Shown: positions 47,415 to 58,368 of the stretch, piece after piece | Layout: each line of letters begins with the position of its first letter | Position numbering within the stretch: position 1 is the first letter of the stretch | NCBI GenBank assembly: GCA_964504155.1 | Contig: CAZDCZ010000001.1 | Location: 28,451 to 92,450, forward strand | Source: an uncultured Bacteroidales bacterium | GTDB lineage: Bacteria; Bacteroidota; Bacteroidia; Bacteroidales; UBA12077 | Length of the DNA: 64,000 nucleotides | Reading direction: 5' to 3' | Notes under the pieces: model-generated | Told to the model about the DNA's origin: nothing | What the model saw: only the letters and a program-made list of their open reading frames with translations | Database searches by the model: none | Position numbers and translations under genes: made by a program

Positions 47415-47440
47415 AAAGATGATTCAAATGAATCATCTTT
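47415..47440 (-). terminator. Hairpin/terminator downstream of tuf
   Basis: AAAGATGATTC / GAATCATCTTT stem, followed on the minus strand by TTTTAATT. Confidence 0.6.
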
Positions 47441-47452
47441 TATTATATTATG

Positions 47453-48640
47453 TTATTCAATTATTTCAGTTACTTGACCTGCACCAACAGTTCTTCCTCC
47501 TTCACGTATAGCAAAACGTAAACCTTGGTTTACAGCAACAGGAGTAATAAGTTCTACAATAATAGATACATTATCACCAGGCATAACCATTTCTGTTCCT
47601 TCAGGAAGTTTTACAACACCAGTTACATCAAGAGTTCTAATATAGAATTGAGGTCTATAATTATCATGGAATGGAGTATGACGTCCACCTTCTTCTTTTT
47701 TAAGCACATAAACTTCAGCTTTGAACTTAGTGTGAGGATTCACAGAACCAGGTTTAGCAATAACCATACCTCTACTGATTTTGTCTTTATCTACACCTCT
47801 AAGTAATAAACCTACGTTATCACCAGCTTGTCCTTCATCTAATATTTTACGGAACATTTCAACACCGGTAACAACTGATTTCATTTTCTCAGCACCTAAT
47901 CCAATAATTTGCACTTCTTCGCCGGTATTAATAATACCAGTTTCAATTCTACCGGTAGCAACAGTACCACGACCAGTAATTGAGAATACATCTTCAACAG
48001 GCATTAAGAAAGGCTTTTCTGTTTCTCTAGGAGGGATTGGGATCCAAGAATCAACAGCGTTCATTAATTCCATTACTTTTTCTTCCCACTTTTCTTCGCC
48101 ATTAAGAGCTCCAAGAGCAGAACCACAAATAACAGGAGCATTTTCACCGTCGAATTCATAAAAGTCGAGTAATTCACGAACTTCCATTTCAACTAGTTCT
48201 AATAATTCATCATCGTCAACAAGGTCAACCTTATTTAGAAAAACAACGATTTTAGGTACATTTACCTGACGAGCTAAAAGGATGTGTTCTCTAGTTTGAG
48301 GCATAGGTCCATCAGTACCGGCAACAACAAGAATTGCGCCGTCCATTTGAGCAGCACCAGTTACCATATTCTTAACATAATCGGCGTGACCCGGACAGTC
48401 AACGTGTGCATAGTGACGTGTTTCTGTATTATATTCAACGTGAGCTGAATTTATTGTAATACCTCTTTCTTTTTCTTCAGGGGCATTATCAATAGAATCG
48501 AAATCTTGTACTTCAGATAATCCTTTTTTTGCTAAAACTTTAGTAATAGCAGCAGTTAGTGTAGTTTTACCATGATCAACATGACCAATAGTACCAATAT
48601 TAACGTGTGCTTTCGACCTATCAAATTTTTCTTTAGCCAT
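47453..48640 (-). CDS. tuf: Elongation factor Tu
   Basis: [15 protein letters not shown] and NKVD motifs; 395 aa. Confidence 0.99.
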   Translation of the reverse strand: MAKEKFDRSKAHVNIGTIGHVDHGKTTLTAAITKVLAKKGLSEVQDFDSIDNAPEEKERGITINSAHVEYNTETRHYAHVDCPGHADYVKNMVTGAAQMDGAILVVAGTDGPMPQTREHILLARQVNVPKIVVFLNKVDLVDDDELLELVEMEVRELLDFYEFDGENAPVICGSALGALNGEEKWEEKVMELMNAVDSWIPIPPRETEKPFLMPVEDVFSITGRGTVATGRIETGIINTGEEVQIIGLGAEKMKSVVTGVEMFRKILDEGQAGDNVGLLLRGVDKDKISRGMVIAKPGSVNPHTKFKAEVYVLKKEEGGRHTPFHDNYRPQFYIRTLDVTGVVKLPEGTEMVMPGDNVSIIVELITPVAVNQGLRFAIREGGRTVGAGQVTEIIE

Positions 48641-48700
48641 AACTACAAATATTAGATAATTAGATAATTAGATAATTTATTTTTAAATTTATTTTCAATG

Positions 48701-48772
48701 AGCCAATGACGGGAGTTGAACCCGTGACCTCTTCCTTACCAAGGAAGCGCTCTACCACTGAGCTACATCGGC
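48701..48772 (-). tRNA. tRNA-Thr (anticodon GGT)
   Basis: Hand-folded: acceptor GCCGATG, anticodon stem CTTCC/GGAAG, loop TTGGTAA. Confidence 0.9.
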
Positions 48773-48788
48773 AAGGATTTTTTATTAG

Positions 48789-48861
48789 AGCGGGAGACGG
48801 AACTCGAATCCGCGACCCTCAGCTTGGAAGGCTGATGCTCTACCAACTGAGCTACTCCCGC
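48789..48861 (-). tRNA. tRNA-Gly (anticodon TCC)
   Basis: Hand-folded: acceptor GCGGGAG/CTCCCGC, anticodon stem TCAGC/GCTGA, loop CTTCCAA. Confidence 0.9.
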
Positions 48862-48873
48862 TAATAATTATTG

Positions 48874-48956
48874 TGGGGAGAGCAGGATTCGAACCTACGA
48901 AGGCGTACGCCAGCAGAGTTACAGTCTGCCCCAGTTGGCCACTTTGGTATCTCCCC
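48874..48956 (-). tRNA. tRNA-Tyr (anticodon GTA), with a long variable arm
   Basis: Hand-folded: acceptor GGGGAGA/TCTCCCC, anticodon stem GCAGA/TCTGC, loop CTGTAAC. Confidence 0.9.
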
Positions 48957-48975
48957 AAACATTAAATCAATTAAG

Positions 48976-49049
48976 AGCCGATAGAGGGACTCGAACCCAC
49001 GACCTGCTGATTACAAATCAGCTGCTCTAGCCAGCTGAGCTACATCGGC
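48976..49049 (-). tRNA. tRNA-Thr (anticodon TGT)
   Basis: Hand-folded: acceptor GCCGATG, anticodon stem GCTGA/TCAGC, loop TTTGTAA. Confidence 0.9.
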
Positions 49050-49065
49050 ATCATAACATAAGAAC

Positions 49066-49099
49066 ACCGATTTTGAAAACTTTACTTTCCAAAATCGGT
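49066..49099 (-). terminator. Hairpin downstream of hpf
   Basis: ACCGATTTTG / CAAAATCGGT stem with a 14-nt loop. Confidence 0.5.
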
Positions 49100-49171
49100 T
49101 TGCAAATGTATAAATATTTTACTTATAACACAAAGAAAATCATTTAATTTTCTAATATCTGAAAAAATTTA

Positions 49172-49468
49172 TTACGATCTCTTTTTTTCTTTAAGTTTTT
49201 CTACTTGATGTTTTAGTGCATCAACAACCAAATCAGTTGATTCTTCAAAGCTTTTACTGTTTTTCTTGGCAAAAAGTTCATTGCCAGGAATATTAAGTTT
49301 TACCTCTACAACTTTATTCTCAAATTCTTCGTCTTTCATAAGTCGCAGAAACACTTTTATATCAATTATATTATCATAATACTTTGATAACTTACTTATT
49401 TTATTATTTACAAAATCAATAAGTTTTTTATCAGCATCAAATCGAATTGAACTAATGTTTATGTCCAT
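49172..49468 (-). CDS. hpf: Ribosome hibernation factor (HPF/RaiA family, short form)
   Basis: 98 aa with an S30AE-like sequence (VKLNIPGNELFAKK..S.F..A.D). Confidence 0.8.
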   Translation of the reverse strand: MDINISSIRFDADKKLIDFVNNKISKLSKYYDNIIDIKVFLRLMKDEEFENKVVEVKLNIPGNELFAKKNSKSFEESTDLVVDALKHQVEKLKEKKRS

Positions 49469-49485
49469 AATGTTCCTCCTATTTT

Positions 49486-50367
49486 TTATGCTCGTGGATG
49501 AGCTTGTTTATAAATAGCTTTTAATTTCTCAAATGTATTATGGGTGTATATTTGGGTTGCAGATAAGTTAGCATGCCCAAGTATTTCTTTAATTGCATTT
49601 AATTCTGCGCCATTATTTAACATATGGGTAGCAAATGTGTGTCTTAAAACGTGGGGGCTTTTTTTCTCGATGGGAGAAACCAAATTCAAGTATTTATTAA
49701 CTATACGATAAACAAATTTCTCATATAGTTTTTCTCCTTTATTAGTAAAGAAAAAATAATCTGTATTATCTTTCCACTCTTTCTTTTTATATTCAATATA
49801 TTTTTCTAATTGATATATAAAAGATGTGGTTAATGGGATTATTCTTTCTTTATTTCGTTTTCCCAAGACTTTTATTTGCTTTGAAAAAAAATCAATATCA
49901 GACGATTTAATATTTATTAATTCAAATAAACGAATTCCCGTAAAATAAAACATTTCTAATATTGTTTTATCTCTGACTCCTGAAAAATTATCTTCAAAAA
50001 CAACATCATCTAATAATTGGTTCATTTCTTTATTATCGAAGAAATAAGGTAGTTTTTTAGATAATTTAGGAAATATTATTTTATCCATAGGATTTACTAC
50101 TATAATATTCTCTCTTTGAAGGAATTTAAAGTATGATTTAAGTGTTGATAGCTTTCTTCTAATAGTAAGAACCGAAAAATCTTTTTCTATCAAATCTACA
50201 ATCCAATTTCTTATATTTTTCTCATCTACACATTCATCATTTAGATTTTCATTATGAAGATTTAAATAATGAGCAAATTGTTCTATGTCGTGCTTGTATG
50301 CACGAACAGTATGAACGGAAAAACGTTTTTCGAATTGTATATAGTTTAGAAAAAGATCTTTATTCAT
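49486..50367 (-). CDS. Tyrosine recombinase, XerC/XerD-like
   Basis: Catalytic residues R..HxLRHTFAT..GH..T.IYTH. Confidence 0.85.
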   Translation of the reverse strand: MNKDLFLNYIQFEKRFSVHTVRAYKHDIEQFAHYLNLHNENLNDECVDEKNIRNWIVDLIEKDFSVLTIRRKLSTLKSYFKFLQRENIIVVNPMDKIIFPKLSKKLPYFFDNKEMNQLLDDVVFEDNFSGVRDKTILEMFYFTGIRLFELINIKSSDIDFFSKQIKVLGKRNKERIIPLTTSFIYQLEKYIEYKKKEWKDNTDYFFFTNKGEKLYEKFVYRIVNKYLNLVSPIEKKSPHVLRHTFATHMLNNGAELNAIKEILGHANLSATQIYTHNTFEKLKAIYKQAHPRA

Positions 50368-50431
50368 ATAGGGCTTATTAAATGAAAATTAAAATCAACG
50401 CCAAATGGTGTTGCAGATCTACCCCTAAATG

Positions 50432-50623
50432 CTATTCTTCGTCTTCTTGCAATTGTTGAATATAGATTGCTTTTTTCTTCTGTATTCTTTTTACCTCAGA
50501 TGGCTTTGTAAAAGCTTGTCTTCCACGTAATTCTTTTACTACTCCGGTTTTTTCGAATTTTCTTTTAAATTTTTTTAAAGCTCTTTCGATGTTTTCGCCT
50601 TCTTTTAATGGTATTACTATCAT
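50432..50623 (-). CDS. rpsU: Ribosomal protein S21
   Basis: ALKKFKRKFEKTGVVKELR..F.KPSE. I use the Met at 50623; the track's N-terminal extension is implausible. Confidence 0.9.
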   Translation of the reverse strand: MIVIPLKEGENIERALKKFKRKFEKTGVVKELRGRQAFTKPSEVKRIQKKKAIYIQQLQEDEE

Positions 50624-50831
50624 AATATAAATCTTTTTTAATTGAGCGGCAAAATTATTAATTTTAAATACATATATCAAAAAAAAATGCAATAATTTTT
50701 ATTTTTATTTAAAAAAAATAAAAATCATCATTCAATCAACACTATATATATTTATTATTCATTAATAAACTACCTTTAAATTCGTTACTAAATTTACAAT
50801 AAATTATTTAAGATTCAAAGATAAATATATT

Positions 50832-51737
50832 TTATTTTGTACTTAAATATTTTTCCATTTTATTAAATAATTCTTTGTCGAGAATGTTATTTTCCAACAA
50901 TAAATCAAGGTTATCAAAATTACCCATTAACTTTCTGTAATTCAAAATAGATTGTGTATGATATTTATCTAAATATGGATGTCGAATAAGTTCGGAAAAC
51001 GTCGCCGTATTGATATTAATTTTTTTTACAAGTGAAGTATCGATAATAATATGCTTTTCTATTTGGCAAAATTTTTCATTATTTATTCCATAGACCTCCA
51101 TTAATTGATTTTTATTTAAATAACCTCCTAAAATATTTCTATAATTAATTATCCGAGTTGAAAAAACATCTCCAATTCCACTAATTGTTTTTAAAGATTC
51201 TATATCTGCTTTATTAATTTCAACAATTATATTATATTTATTTTTATTTATTTTTTCATTATTTATTTTACTATTCTCTTCTATGTTAGTTTTTATTATT
51301 ATAAATGGCTCTAATTTTTCATATTGAGCATTAGAAATTCCATATATTTTTTTAAAATCTTCTTTAGAATTAAATCGAGCACCTGATTTAATATAATTAT
51401 TAATTGTTTTAACGTTCGCTTCAGATAAATTTAATTTTTTCCAATCGTATTTATTAATATAATTAGGATCGAATTTAAATGGTTCGAAAAATACAATTTT
51501 ATTTTTCTTCTTCGATTTAAAAATTGTTTTTGTTTCTATTAATTGTAATGATTTTTCGAAACGATTAATTTCTTTTTTATATTCAGCAAAATTGTTTGAT
51601 TTATAATTATTTGCATAGAAATAATCTAGGTTTCTATTTACAAATAACAATATGACTATTATTGTTATTAGAATTACAATTCCATTTCTTTCTTTTCTAG
51701 TAAATGTTAAGTAATCTTTTATAGTTTTCTTAATCAT
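50832..51737 (-). CDS. ComEA-like helix-hairpin-helix DNA-binding protein, membrane-anchored
   Basis: N-terminal TM segment. HhH segments (INKADIESLKTISGIGDVFSTRII, INTATFSELIRHPYL). Confidence 0.6.
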   Translation of the reverse strand: MIKKTIKDYLTFTRKERNGIVILITIIVILLFVNRNLDYFYANNYKSNNFAEYKKEINRFEKSLQLIETKTIFKSKKKNKIVFFEPFKFDPNYINKYDWKKLNLSEANVKTINNYIKSGARFNSKEDFKKIYGISNAQYEKLEPFIIIKTNIEENSKINNEKINKNKYNIIVEINKADIESLKTISGIGDVFSTRIINYRNILGGYLNKNQLMEVYGINNEKFCQIEKHIIIDTSLVKKININTATFSELIRHPYLDKYHTQSILNYRKLMGNFDNLDLLLENNILDKELFNKMEKYLSTK

Positions 51738-51757
51738 TTCTAAATTTATAAATTTTA

Positions 51758-53119
51758 TTACAATTTTAATATCCCAATTCCATTTAAAAACACTAAAGCA
51801 ATAGCTATTGGGGCAATAAATTTAATAATTAGCATAAAAATGTTAAAGATGCGATTTTTATGTAGTCCGTAGCTAGATATTTCATCTTTTACTATTTTTC
51901 TTTTCATAATCCAACCCACAAAAAATACTATGAGTAATGCTCCAAGTGGCAATAGAATATTTGCTGCAATATATTCTAATATTCCAAAAATGTTATAATT
52001 GAATATCGAAACATTTTTAAATACTCCCCACGAGAGAGTACAGAATATTCCAATTATCGATATTGATATACTTGCAATAATAGTTGCTTTTTTTCTTGTC
52101 ATATTAAGTTGTTCGACAAAATAAGCAACAACAACTTCTAAAACAGATATTGATGATGTTAAAGCAGCTACAGTAAGAAGAACGAAGAAAAGCAAAGAAA
52201 AAATATAGCCCCCGGGCATTTGTTGAAATATATTTGGTAATACAATAAACACTAATCCTTCGCCGGCATCTGGCTGCAAATTAAAAGCAAAAACTGCCGG
52301 GAATATTGCAACTCCTGCAAGTATTGCTATTAAAGTATCGGCCGCTGATACTTGTATAGCAGTATTGACTAGGTTATTATCTTTTTTAATATAAGAGCCA
52401 TATGTTATTAATGTTCCCATACCAATACTAAGAGAAAACGCAGCTTGACCTAAAGCTTTTAATATAACTCCTGCATTTATTTTCGAGAAATCGGGCTTAA
52501 ACAGAAAAGCTAATCCTTCTTTTGCCCCCGGCAATGTAACCGACCGCACTGCTAAAATTATAATAATAACAAATAGTAAAGGCATCAGGATTTTTGCAGA
52601 CTTTTCTATTCCTTTTTGTACACCTGCAATAACTATCCATGCAGTTAGTCCCATAAATATTAATTGCCATAACACAGGTCGGAAAGTTCCTGCTTTAAAA
52701 TTGTCGAACATCCCTGCAAGTTGATCGGGAGTTTTGTCGGCAAATGCATTTGTAATAGAACAATATACATATTCTAGTGTCCACCCTGCAATAGTACCAT
52801 AGAATGCAAGTATCATAAAAGCAGCACCAACCCCCATTAATCCAACAAGATGCCATTGAGTATTAGGTGCAATTTTTTTAAATGCTCCTACAGGATTTAA
52901 TTGAGCTTTTCGTCCTATAGTGAACTCCGATAGCATAACAGGTATTCCTATAACTATAATAAAAAACAAATATATTATCAGGAATGCTCCTCCTCCATTT
53001 TCACCTACTACATAAGGGAATCTCCAGATATTACCTAATCCAACAGCAGAACCTGCTGCTGCTGCAAGAACTCCAAATTTGCTTCCAAAACTATCTCTAT
53101 TATTCAAATCGGCCATCAT
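51758..53119 (-). CDS. Sodium-dependent transporter, SNF (neurotransmitter:sodium symporter) family
   Basis: GLGNIWRFPY signature and a 12-TM-like profile. Confidence 0.88.
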   Translation of the reverse strand: MMADLNNRDSFGSKFGVLAAAAGSAVGLGNIWRFPYVVGENGGGAFLIIYLFFIIVIGIPVMLSEFTIGRKAQLNPVGAFKKIAPNTQWHLVGLMGVGAAFMILAFYGTIAGWTLEYVYCSITNAFADKTPDQLAGMFDNFKAGTFRPVLWQLIFMGLTAWIVIAGVQKGIEKSAKILMPLLFVIIIILAVRSVTLPGAKEGLAFLFKPDFSKINAGVILKALGQAAFSLSIGMGTLITYGSYIKKDNNLVNTAIQVSAADTLIAILAGVAIFPAVFAFNLQPDAGEGLVFIVLPNIFQQMPGGYIFSLLFFVLLTVAALTSSISVLEVVVAYFVEQLNMTRKKATIIASISISIIGIFCTLSWGVFKNVSIFNYNIFGILEYIAANILLPLGALLIVFFVGWIMKRKIVKDEISSYGLHKNRIFNIFMLIIKFIAPIAIALVFLNGIGILKL

Positions 53120-53129
53120 TATGTTTATT

Positions 53130-53202
53130 TAAAAAAATGTCCGAAAAATTATACCATATCTAATTACAAATTAGATATTTATGATAATAATTTTTCGGAC
53201 AT
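53130..53202 (-). terminator. Long nested hairpin terminator after fbaB
   Basis: Perfect 16-bp inverted repeat ATGTCCGAAAAATTAT (53137-53152 / 53187-53202). It encloses a 10-bp inner inverted repeat ATATCTAATT (53156-53165 / 53169-53178). A T7 run follows on the minus strand. Confidence 0.75.
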
Positions 53203-53224
53203 CAAATTCTATTATATTAGTTTA

Positions 53225-54280
53225 TTATGCAATATCTATTCGTTTTTCAAGATATACATCTTGTACACTTTGAATAATTTCCACTCCATCTTTAAATGGT
53301 TTTTGAAATGCTTTTCTTCCTAATATTAATCCCATTCCTCCTGCACGTTTATTTACAACAGCAGTATATACAGCATCGGCTAAATCGTTAGCGCCACCTG
53401 AAGCGCCACCTGAATTTATTAATCCTGATCGTCCCATATAATTATTAACAACCTGATATCTTGTTAAATCAATAGGGTGATCGGACGAAAGTTCGGTATA
53501 AACTTTTTCGTCGGTTTTTGCAAAACCAATATCTTTAAAACCTCCATTTATGGTAGGTAATTTCTGTTTAATAATATCGGCTTGAATGGTTACACCTAGA
53601 TGATTTGCTTGACTTGTAAGGTCAGATGCTGTATGATAGTCTTTACCATTTTTTTTAAAGTTATTATTACGTAAATAACACCATAAAACAGTAGCCATAC
53701 CAAGTTCATGAGCTCTTTCAAAAGCCTGAGATACTTCAATAATCTGACGATTAGAATCTTCAGAACCAAAATATATTGTTGCTCCAACAGCCATTGCTCC
53801 CATATTCCATGCTTCGTCGACAGAACCAAACATTATTTGATCGTATGTGTTTGGATATGTTAATAACTCGTTATGATTAATTTTAACAATGAATGGTATT
53901 TTATGTGCATACTTTCTAGCAACAGATGCTAATACTCCAAATGTAGAAACTACAGCATTAGCATCAGCTTCTATTGCAAGTTTAACAATATTCTCCGGAT
54001 CGAAATACATAGGATTAGGCGCAAACGATGCTCCTGCTGTATGTTCGATACCTTGATCAACCGGAAGTATAGATAAATATCCTGTATTTTTTAATCGACC
54101 ATGATTATAAAGAGTTTCCATTGCTCCTAATACTCTTGGATTTCTATTTGACTGAGATATAACTCTATCAACAAAATCAGGACCAGGAAGGTGTAAATTA
54201 GTTTTGTCAACTTTACATTTGTGCTTTAATAAGGAATCTGCATTAGTACCTAAAAGCTCGATAATTTTATTATACAACAT
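53225..54280 (-). CDS. fbaB: Class I fructose-bisphosphate aldolase (FbaB type)
   Basis: Collinear with E. coli FbaB as I remember it ([14 protein letters not shown].., [10 protein letters not shown].., [17 protein letters not shown]). Confidence 0.92.
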   Translation of the reverse strand: MLYNKIIELLGTNADSLLKHKCKVDKTNLHLPGPDFVDRVISQSNRNPRVLGAMETLYNHGRLKNTGYLSILPVDQGIEHTAGASFAPNPMYFDPENIVKLAIEADANAVVSTFGVLASVARKYAHKIPFIVKINHNELLTYPNTYDQIMFGSVDEAWNMGAMAVGATIYFGSEDSNRQIIEVSQAFERAHELGMATVLWCYLRNNNFKKNGKDYHTASDLTSQANHLGVTIQADIIKQKLPTINGGFKDIGFAKTDEKVYTELSSDHPIDLTRYQVVNNYMGRSGLINSGGASGGANDLADAVYTAVVNKRAGGMGLILGRKAFQKPFKDGVEIIQSVQDVYLEKRIDIA

Positions 54281-54352
54281 AATTTATATATTTAGTGAAA
54301 AACTCAAAATAATTACAAATTTACAAAAACATTATTTATTTTTCAGATAAAA

Positions 54353-56698
54353 TTAAAATGGATATCCTATACCAATATTAAAAGTAATATCATCACTATT
54401 AAAATTTCGATTTCCGGGAATCCATCTTTTCCCAATATCTAATGAGGGATTACATAATTTTAGACCAATATCTAAACGAAAAACAAAAAATGAAAAGTCG
54501 AATCGTGTACCAAATCCGGTACCAACAGCTATTTCTTTATAAAAATCGTCTAATTTAAACAGGGCTCCTTCTCTCAAATCTTCTTTTATTGTCCAAATAT
54601 TTCCGGCATCTAAAAACAAGGCTCCTTCCAATACCCAGAATAATTTAAATCGATATTCAACATTTGCTTCTAATTTAATATCAGCTGTTTGATTAGGGTA
54701 ATTTGAAATATCATTTCCTTTATAAGATCCCGGGCCTAAATCACGCACATTCCAAGCTCTAATACTATTTGCCCCTCCGACGAAATATTTTTTTTCAAAT
54801 GGTAAAACCGTAGAATTTCCGTATGGCAATCCCACACCGGCAAACAAGCGATAAGCGAAATTATTCTCGTTGTTAATTATTTTATGATATCTAAAATCTA
54901 TATCTGTTTTAAAATATTGTGAAAATGGCAAGCCAAAAACCTGATAACTACCATCAACACGAGAAATTTTAGATAATTCGTATATTGTATTTAAGATAAG
55001 TCCGGATACTTCGGCATTTAATCTGAAAAAATAAAAATCTCGGTTCTTCTTAATATTCTGATTATTAAAAATAAAGCTATAACTAGAAAGCGAAACAAAG
55101 TGATTACTATAACTACTTTCTAAAAATGTTGAGCTAATATACGCATCAAAAGCATCAGTTTTATATGGGATTTTTACAGCATTAAGTTCTAATGGTTTAA
55201 TATAATGATGAATAAATTTATTCCCTTCCCAATCGTACCCGTACGAAATATTTGCTATAGTACGTGTATAATCCGGTCGATCTTGATAATTATATCCAAA
55301 TGATATTGATGTTTTTGGATTATATTTTTTACTAAATTCTTCGGCTTCGAATATTGGCAACATAAATTTAGGTATTCTTACAGTTAAGTCGCTACCAAAT
55401 TCAATAGTTCGATTTATTCGATTATTTTGATTATCGTCTAAAGCTTCGATTGAACCTTTTAATTTTAAATCGACATGTTCGGCTCCTCCAAACAGGCTTT
55501 TATGCCCATAAATAAGATTTCCTCCCACTCCCATATTTCCTGACGAATTTGTGCCAACAGCCTCTATTGTATAAGATTGTAATTCATATTTTGTTAATTG
55601 TATTTTGCAATCGATATATGCAATTTTTAATGAATCGTTAAATAAAGAATCCTTATTAATAAATTGGATATTTATTAATCGATATAATTGCAAGGAATTC
55701 AGATGTTTATATGTTCTGTCGACATTTCTTAAATCGTAATAGTCTCCCGGTTCTATAAAATTTGATTGTAGAATTATTGAAGACTTCAATTTACTGTCTT
55801 TGTGATAAATAAAAAACATATTATCGACTATTATTGTATCGCAATTAGAAAAATAATCTTTCTTATTACTTATTGCGTTTTTAGGTTTATAATCGGCATA
55901 AATATATACTCTATTTATTTTATATTTATAGTGATTATCAAGTATTAAAGAATCGTTTTTTCTTTCTTTAATATATTTTTTAATACTAAGCCTTACATCA
56001 ATAATGTTATTTTTTTTTGAGCTATCGGCTTTAAAATATATGTATTCTTTATTGAAATTGAAATATCCTCTATCTTTTAAGTCTCTTTCTATTCTTTTTC
56101 GTTCTTCTTGAAATAAGTCTAAATCAAATTTTTCTCCTCGACTAATAACCGATTTTGAAGTATCGGCAAATATTATATTTCTAAGAAGTGAATCTTGAAT
56201 ATCGTATTTTACACTCCCAATTGTATATGCTTTATTTGTTTGTATGCTATATATTACCTTTACTTTATTTTTCTTCTTTTTTTTCAGAATAACAGTATCT
56301 GTTACATTTGCATCAAAATACGATTTATTTTTTAAGAATGTTTTTATCTGCCGTGTAGATTTATTTGTCAGATATTGGTCAAAAATAACAGGTTCTTCTC
56401 CTATTGTTCGAAGCCATTTACTAATTCCTTTATCTTTTTTAGGGTTTGATAAATTATACAAAAAGAGATGAAATTTCAATCCGATTATTCTCTTATTTGG
56501 TTTTTGTCTAATATAGTTTATTAACTCTGCTTTATCTATTTCTTTATTTTCTATTTCTATATTATATTTATCTAACAACTGGTTGCCATTTTCGACATAT
56601 TTAGTTGTTTTACAACTAAATAATATATTCAATAAAATAAGTGCAAGAAACACTTTTTTAAAGCTATATTTTAATATATTTACCTTGTTTGAATTCAA
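54353..56698 (-). CDS. Omp85-family outer-membrane protein (BamA/TamA-like)
   Basis: 781 aa. Lipoprotein-like signal (LFSC), POTRA-like N-terminal half and a C-terminal beta-barrel ending in an aromatic residue (GIGYPF). Confidence 0.65.
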   Translation of the reverse strand: MNSNKVNILKYSFKKVFLALILLNILFSCKTTKYVENGNQLLDKYNIEIENKEIDKAELINYIRQKPNKRIIGLKFHLFLYNLSNPKKDKGISKWLRTIGEEPVIFDQYLTNKSTRQIKTFLKNKSYFDANVTDTVILKKKKKNKVKVIYSIQTNKAYTIGSVKYDIQDSLLRNIIFADTSKSVISRGEKFDLDLFQEERKRIERDLKDRGYFNFNKEYIYFKADSSKKNNIIDVRLSIKKYIKERKNDSLILDNHYKYKINRVYIYADYKPKNAISNKKDYFSNCDTIIVDNMFFIYHKDSKLKSSIILQSNFIEPGDYYDLRNVDRTYKHLNSLQLYRLINIQFINKDSLFNDSLKIAYIDCKIQLTKYELQSYTIEAVGTNSSGNMGVGGNLIYGHKSLFGGAEHVDLKLKGSIEALDDNQNNRINRTIEFGSDLTVRIPKFMLPIFEAEEFSKKYNPKTSISFGYNYQDRPDYTRTIANISYGYDWEGNKFIHHYIKPLELNAVKIPYKTDAFDAYISSTFLESSYSNHFVSLSSYSFIFNNQNIKKNRDFYFFRLNAEVSGLILNTIYELSKISRVDGSYQVFGLPFSQYFKTDIDFRYHKIINNENNFAYRLFAGVGLPYGNSTVLPFEKKYFVGGANSIRAWNVRDLGPGSYKGNDISNYPNQTADIKLEANVEYRFKLFWVLEGALFLDAGNIWTIKEDLREGALFKLDDFYKEIAVGTGFGTRFDFSFFVFRLDIGLKLCNPSLDIGKRWIPGNRNFNSDDITFNIGIGYPF

Positions 56699-56736
56699 AT
56701 TTCAACGTTTTTATTTTATTTCACTAATATAAACTT

Positions 56737-57507
56737 ATGCTTAGCAAAAATAATATTAAAATTATAAATTCTTTAAGAAATAAAAAATATCGAATAATTA
56801 ATCACAAATTTATTGCTGAAGGAGAAAAACTAGTTACTGAAATTATAAATTCGAAACTTGAGATTATTGAGATATTTGCAACAAAAGAATGGATAGAAAA
56901 AACTAATTATTCAACAATAACAATTTCTCAAATAGATAATAATGAATTAAATAAGATCAGTTCCTTAAGCACTCCAAATAATGTTTTGGCCATTGTAAGA
57001 ATTCCTGATTGGAATTATGAAAAATTAGAAATCTCTAATTCATTATCTCTAATTTTAGATGATATTCGCGACCCTGGTAATTTGGGCACAATTATAAGAA
57101 TAGCCGACTGGTTTGGTATTAAAAATATTTTCTGTTCGGAAAGCAGTGTTGATGTTTTTAATCCAAAAGTTATTCAATCTACTATGGGTGCAATCTGTCG
57201 CACAAAAATTCATTATGTTGATATAAAAACATTCTTAAACAATTTCTCTCTTAACTGCGATCTTCCTGTTTATGGCACGTTTTTAGAAGGCGAAAATATT
57301 TATTCGGAAAATTTACAGAATAAGGGTTTTGTTATTATGGGAAACGAATCAAATGGGATATCAAATAATTTACTACCTTTTATCAATAAAAAATTATTCA
57401 TCCCAAATTTCCCATCAAATAAGGACACATCAGAATCGTTAAATATTTCTGTTGCTACGGCTATTGTTTGTTCTGAATTTCGAAGGAGAGTTAGCAATAA
57501 TAAATAA
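56737..57507 (+). CDS. SpoU/TrmH-family RNA 2'-O-methyltransferase
   Basis: DDIRDPGNLGTIIRIADWFG..IMGNESNGIS..SLNISVATAI. Confidence 0.85.
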   Translation: MLSKNNIKIINSLRNKKYRIINHKFIAEGEKLVTEIINSKLEIIEIFATKEWIEKTNYSTITISQIDNNELNKISSLSTPNNVLAIVRIPDWNYEKLEISNSLSLILDDIRDPGNLGTIIRIADWFGIKNIFCSESSVDVFNPKVIQSTMGAICRTKIHYVDIKTFLNNFSLNCDLPVYGTFLEGENIYSENLQNKGFVIMGNESNGISNNLLPFINKKLFIPNFPSNKDTSESLNISVATAIVCSEFRRRVSNNK

Positions 57508-57625
57508 GGAGATATTATATTCAGCATTTTGTAATGTAAATATTATGTCATTCGATGAATTTATAGAAAAAACTCAAATTTTAGTTTCCAAACACAATAA
57601 CTGTAAAAAATTCTTTCCTTCTTTA

Positions 57626-58327
57626 TTACTCAAAATGAAAAGACACCATAAAGATTTGTGATTTCAATTTGTCGAGAGAATCTTTAAATTGAGGTTCTGA
57701 TTCATGTGCTTGCATAGATAATACATTCATTGTTCCAACCGACAATTTTAATTCGGTTGACAATTTAAAATATGCGCAATAAAAGTCTATTCCAAAACCC
57801 ATTTCATAATATATATCGAAAGGTTTTAGTTTTATATATATCTTTTCATCTTCGTTAAAATCTTTATTTCTCGCCATATCATTCCGCACATTAAATCCTC
57901 CAATAAGATATGGTCTCAAATTATTTATTCTATCGGCTTTATATTTTAACAGAAAAGGCAAATCGATAAATGTCGATTCAATTTTCATTTCGGAAATACA
58001 AACTCCTCCTTTATAAAAAAGCAAATTCCTTTGTCCAAGTGATATTCCGGGTAAAAAACGAAAATCTAGATTTTCACCCAACCTAATATTTGAAATTATA
58101 GCAACATGAAATCCCGGAGACAAATTATTTAATTCGGGCACTAATGTATCGTTACGCCATTGTTTATTCGATGGAGATATTGAAAAATCCATTGTACTAA
58201 ACCCTAAAGTAAATCCAAAATGTATTTTCTTACTATCGATTTTTTGATAGTTCATAATAATACTTTTCTGGGCCGATACTAAAAAAGATAAAACGATAAA
58301 ATGTAATATTATAACTATCTTTTTCAC
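57626..58327 (-). CDS. Small outer-membrane beta-barrel protein (PorT-like)
   Basis: Signal peptide, alternating beta-strand pattern and a C-terminal aromatic residue. PorT/SprT is adjacent to ubiE/menG in Bacteroidota, as I recall. Confidence 0.45.
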   Translation of the reverse strand: MKKIVIILHFIVLSFLVSAQKSIIMNYQKIDSKKIHFGFTLGFSTMDFSISPSNKQWRNDTLVPELNNLSPGFHVAIISNIRLGENLDFRFLPGISLGQRNLLFYKGGVCISEMKIESTFIDLPFLLKYKADRINNLRPYLIGGFNVRNDMARNKDFNEDEKIYIKLKPFDIYYEMGFGIDFYCAYFKLSTELKLSVGTMNVLSMQAHESEPQFKDSLDKLKSQIFMVSFHFE

Positions 58328-58368
58328 TTTATAAAATTATTATGTCATAAAACGTAAAAACACAAATA

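Noticed and set aside
47525-48161. Two plus-strand ORFs (93 and 126 aa) inside tuf.
   Set aside because: They are antisense shadow ORFs within a highly conserved EF-Tu gene, with no independent signals.
49486-50367. A tyrosine recombinase as a possible marker of an integrated mobile element next to the tRNA cluster.
   Set aside because: I saw no flanking direct repeats, cargo genes or compositional shift. The gene sits between hpf and rpsU in a housekeeping block that I recall as conserved in Bacteroidota, so a Xer-type chromosomal recombinase is more likely.
50694-50726. A/T-only inverted repeat ATTTTTATTTT...AAAATAAAAAT between the ComEA-like gene and rpsU.
   Set aside because: It is a pure A/T stem with negligible stability and is indistinguishable from the background composition.
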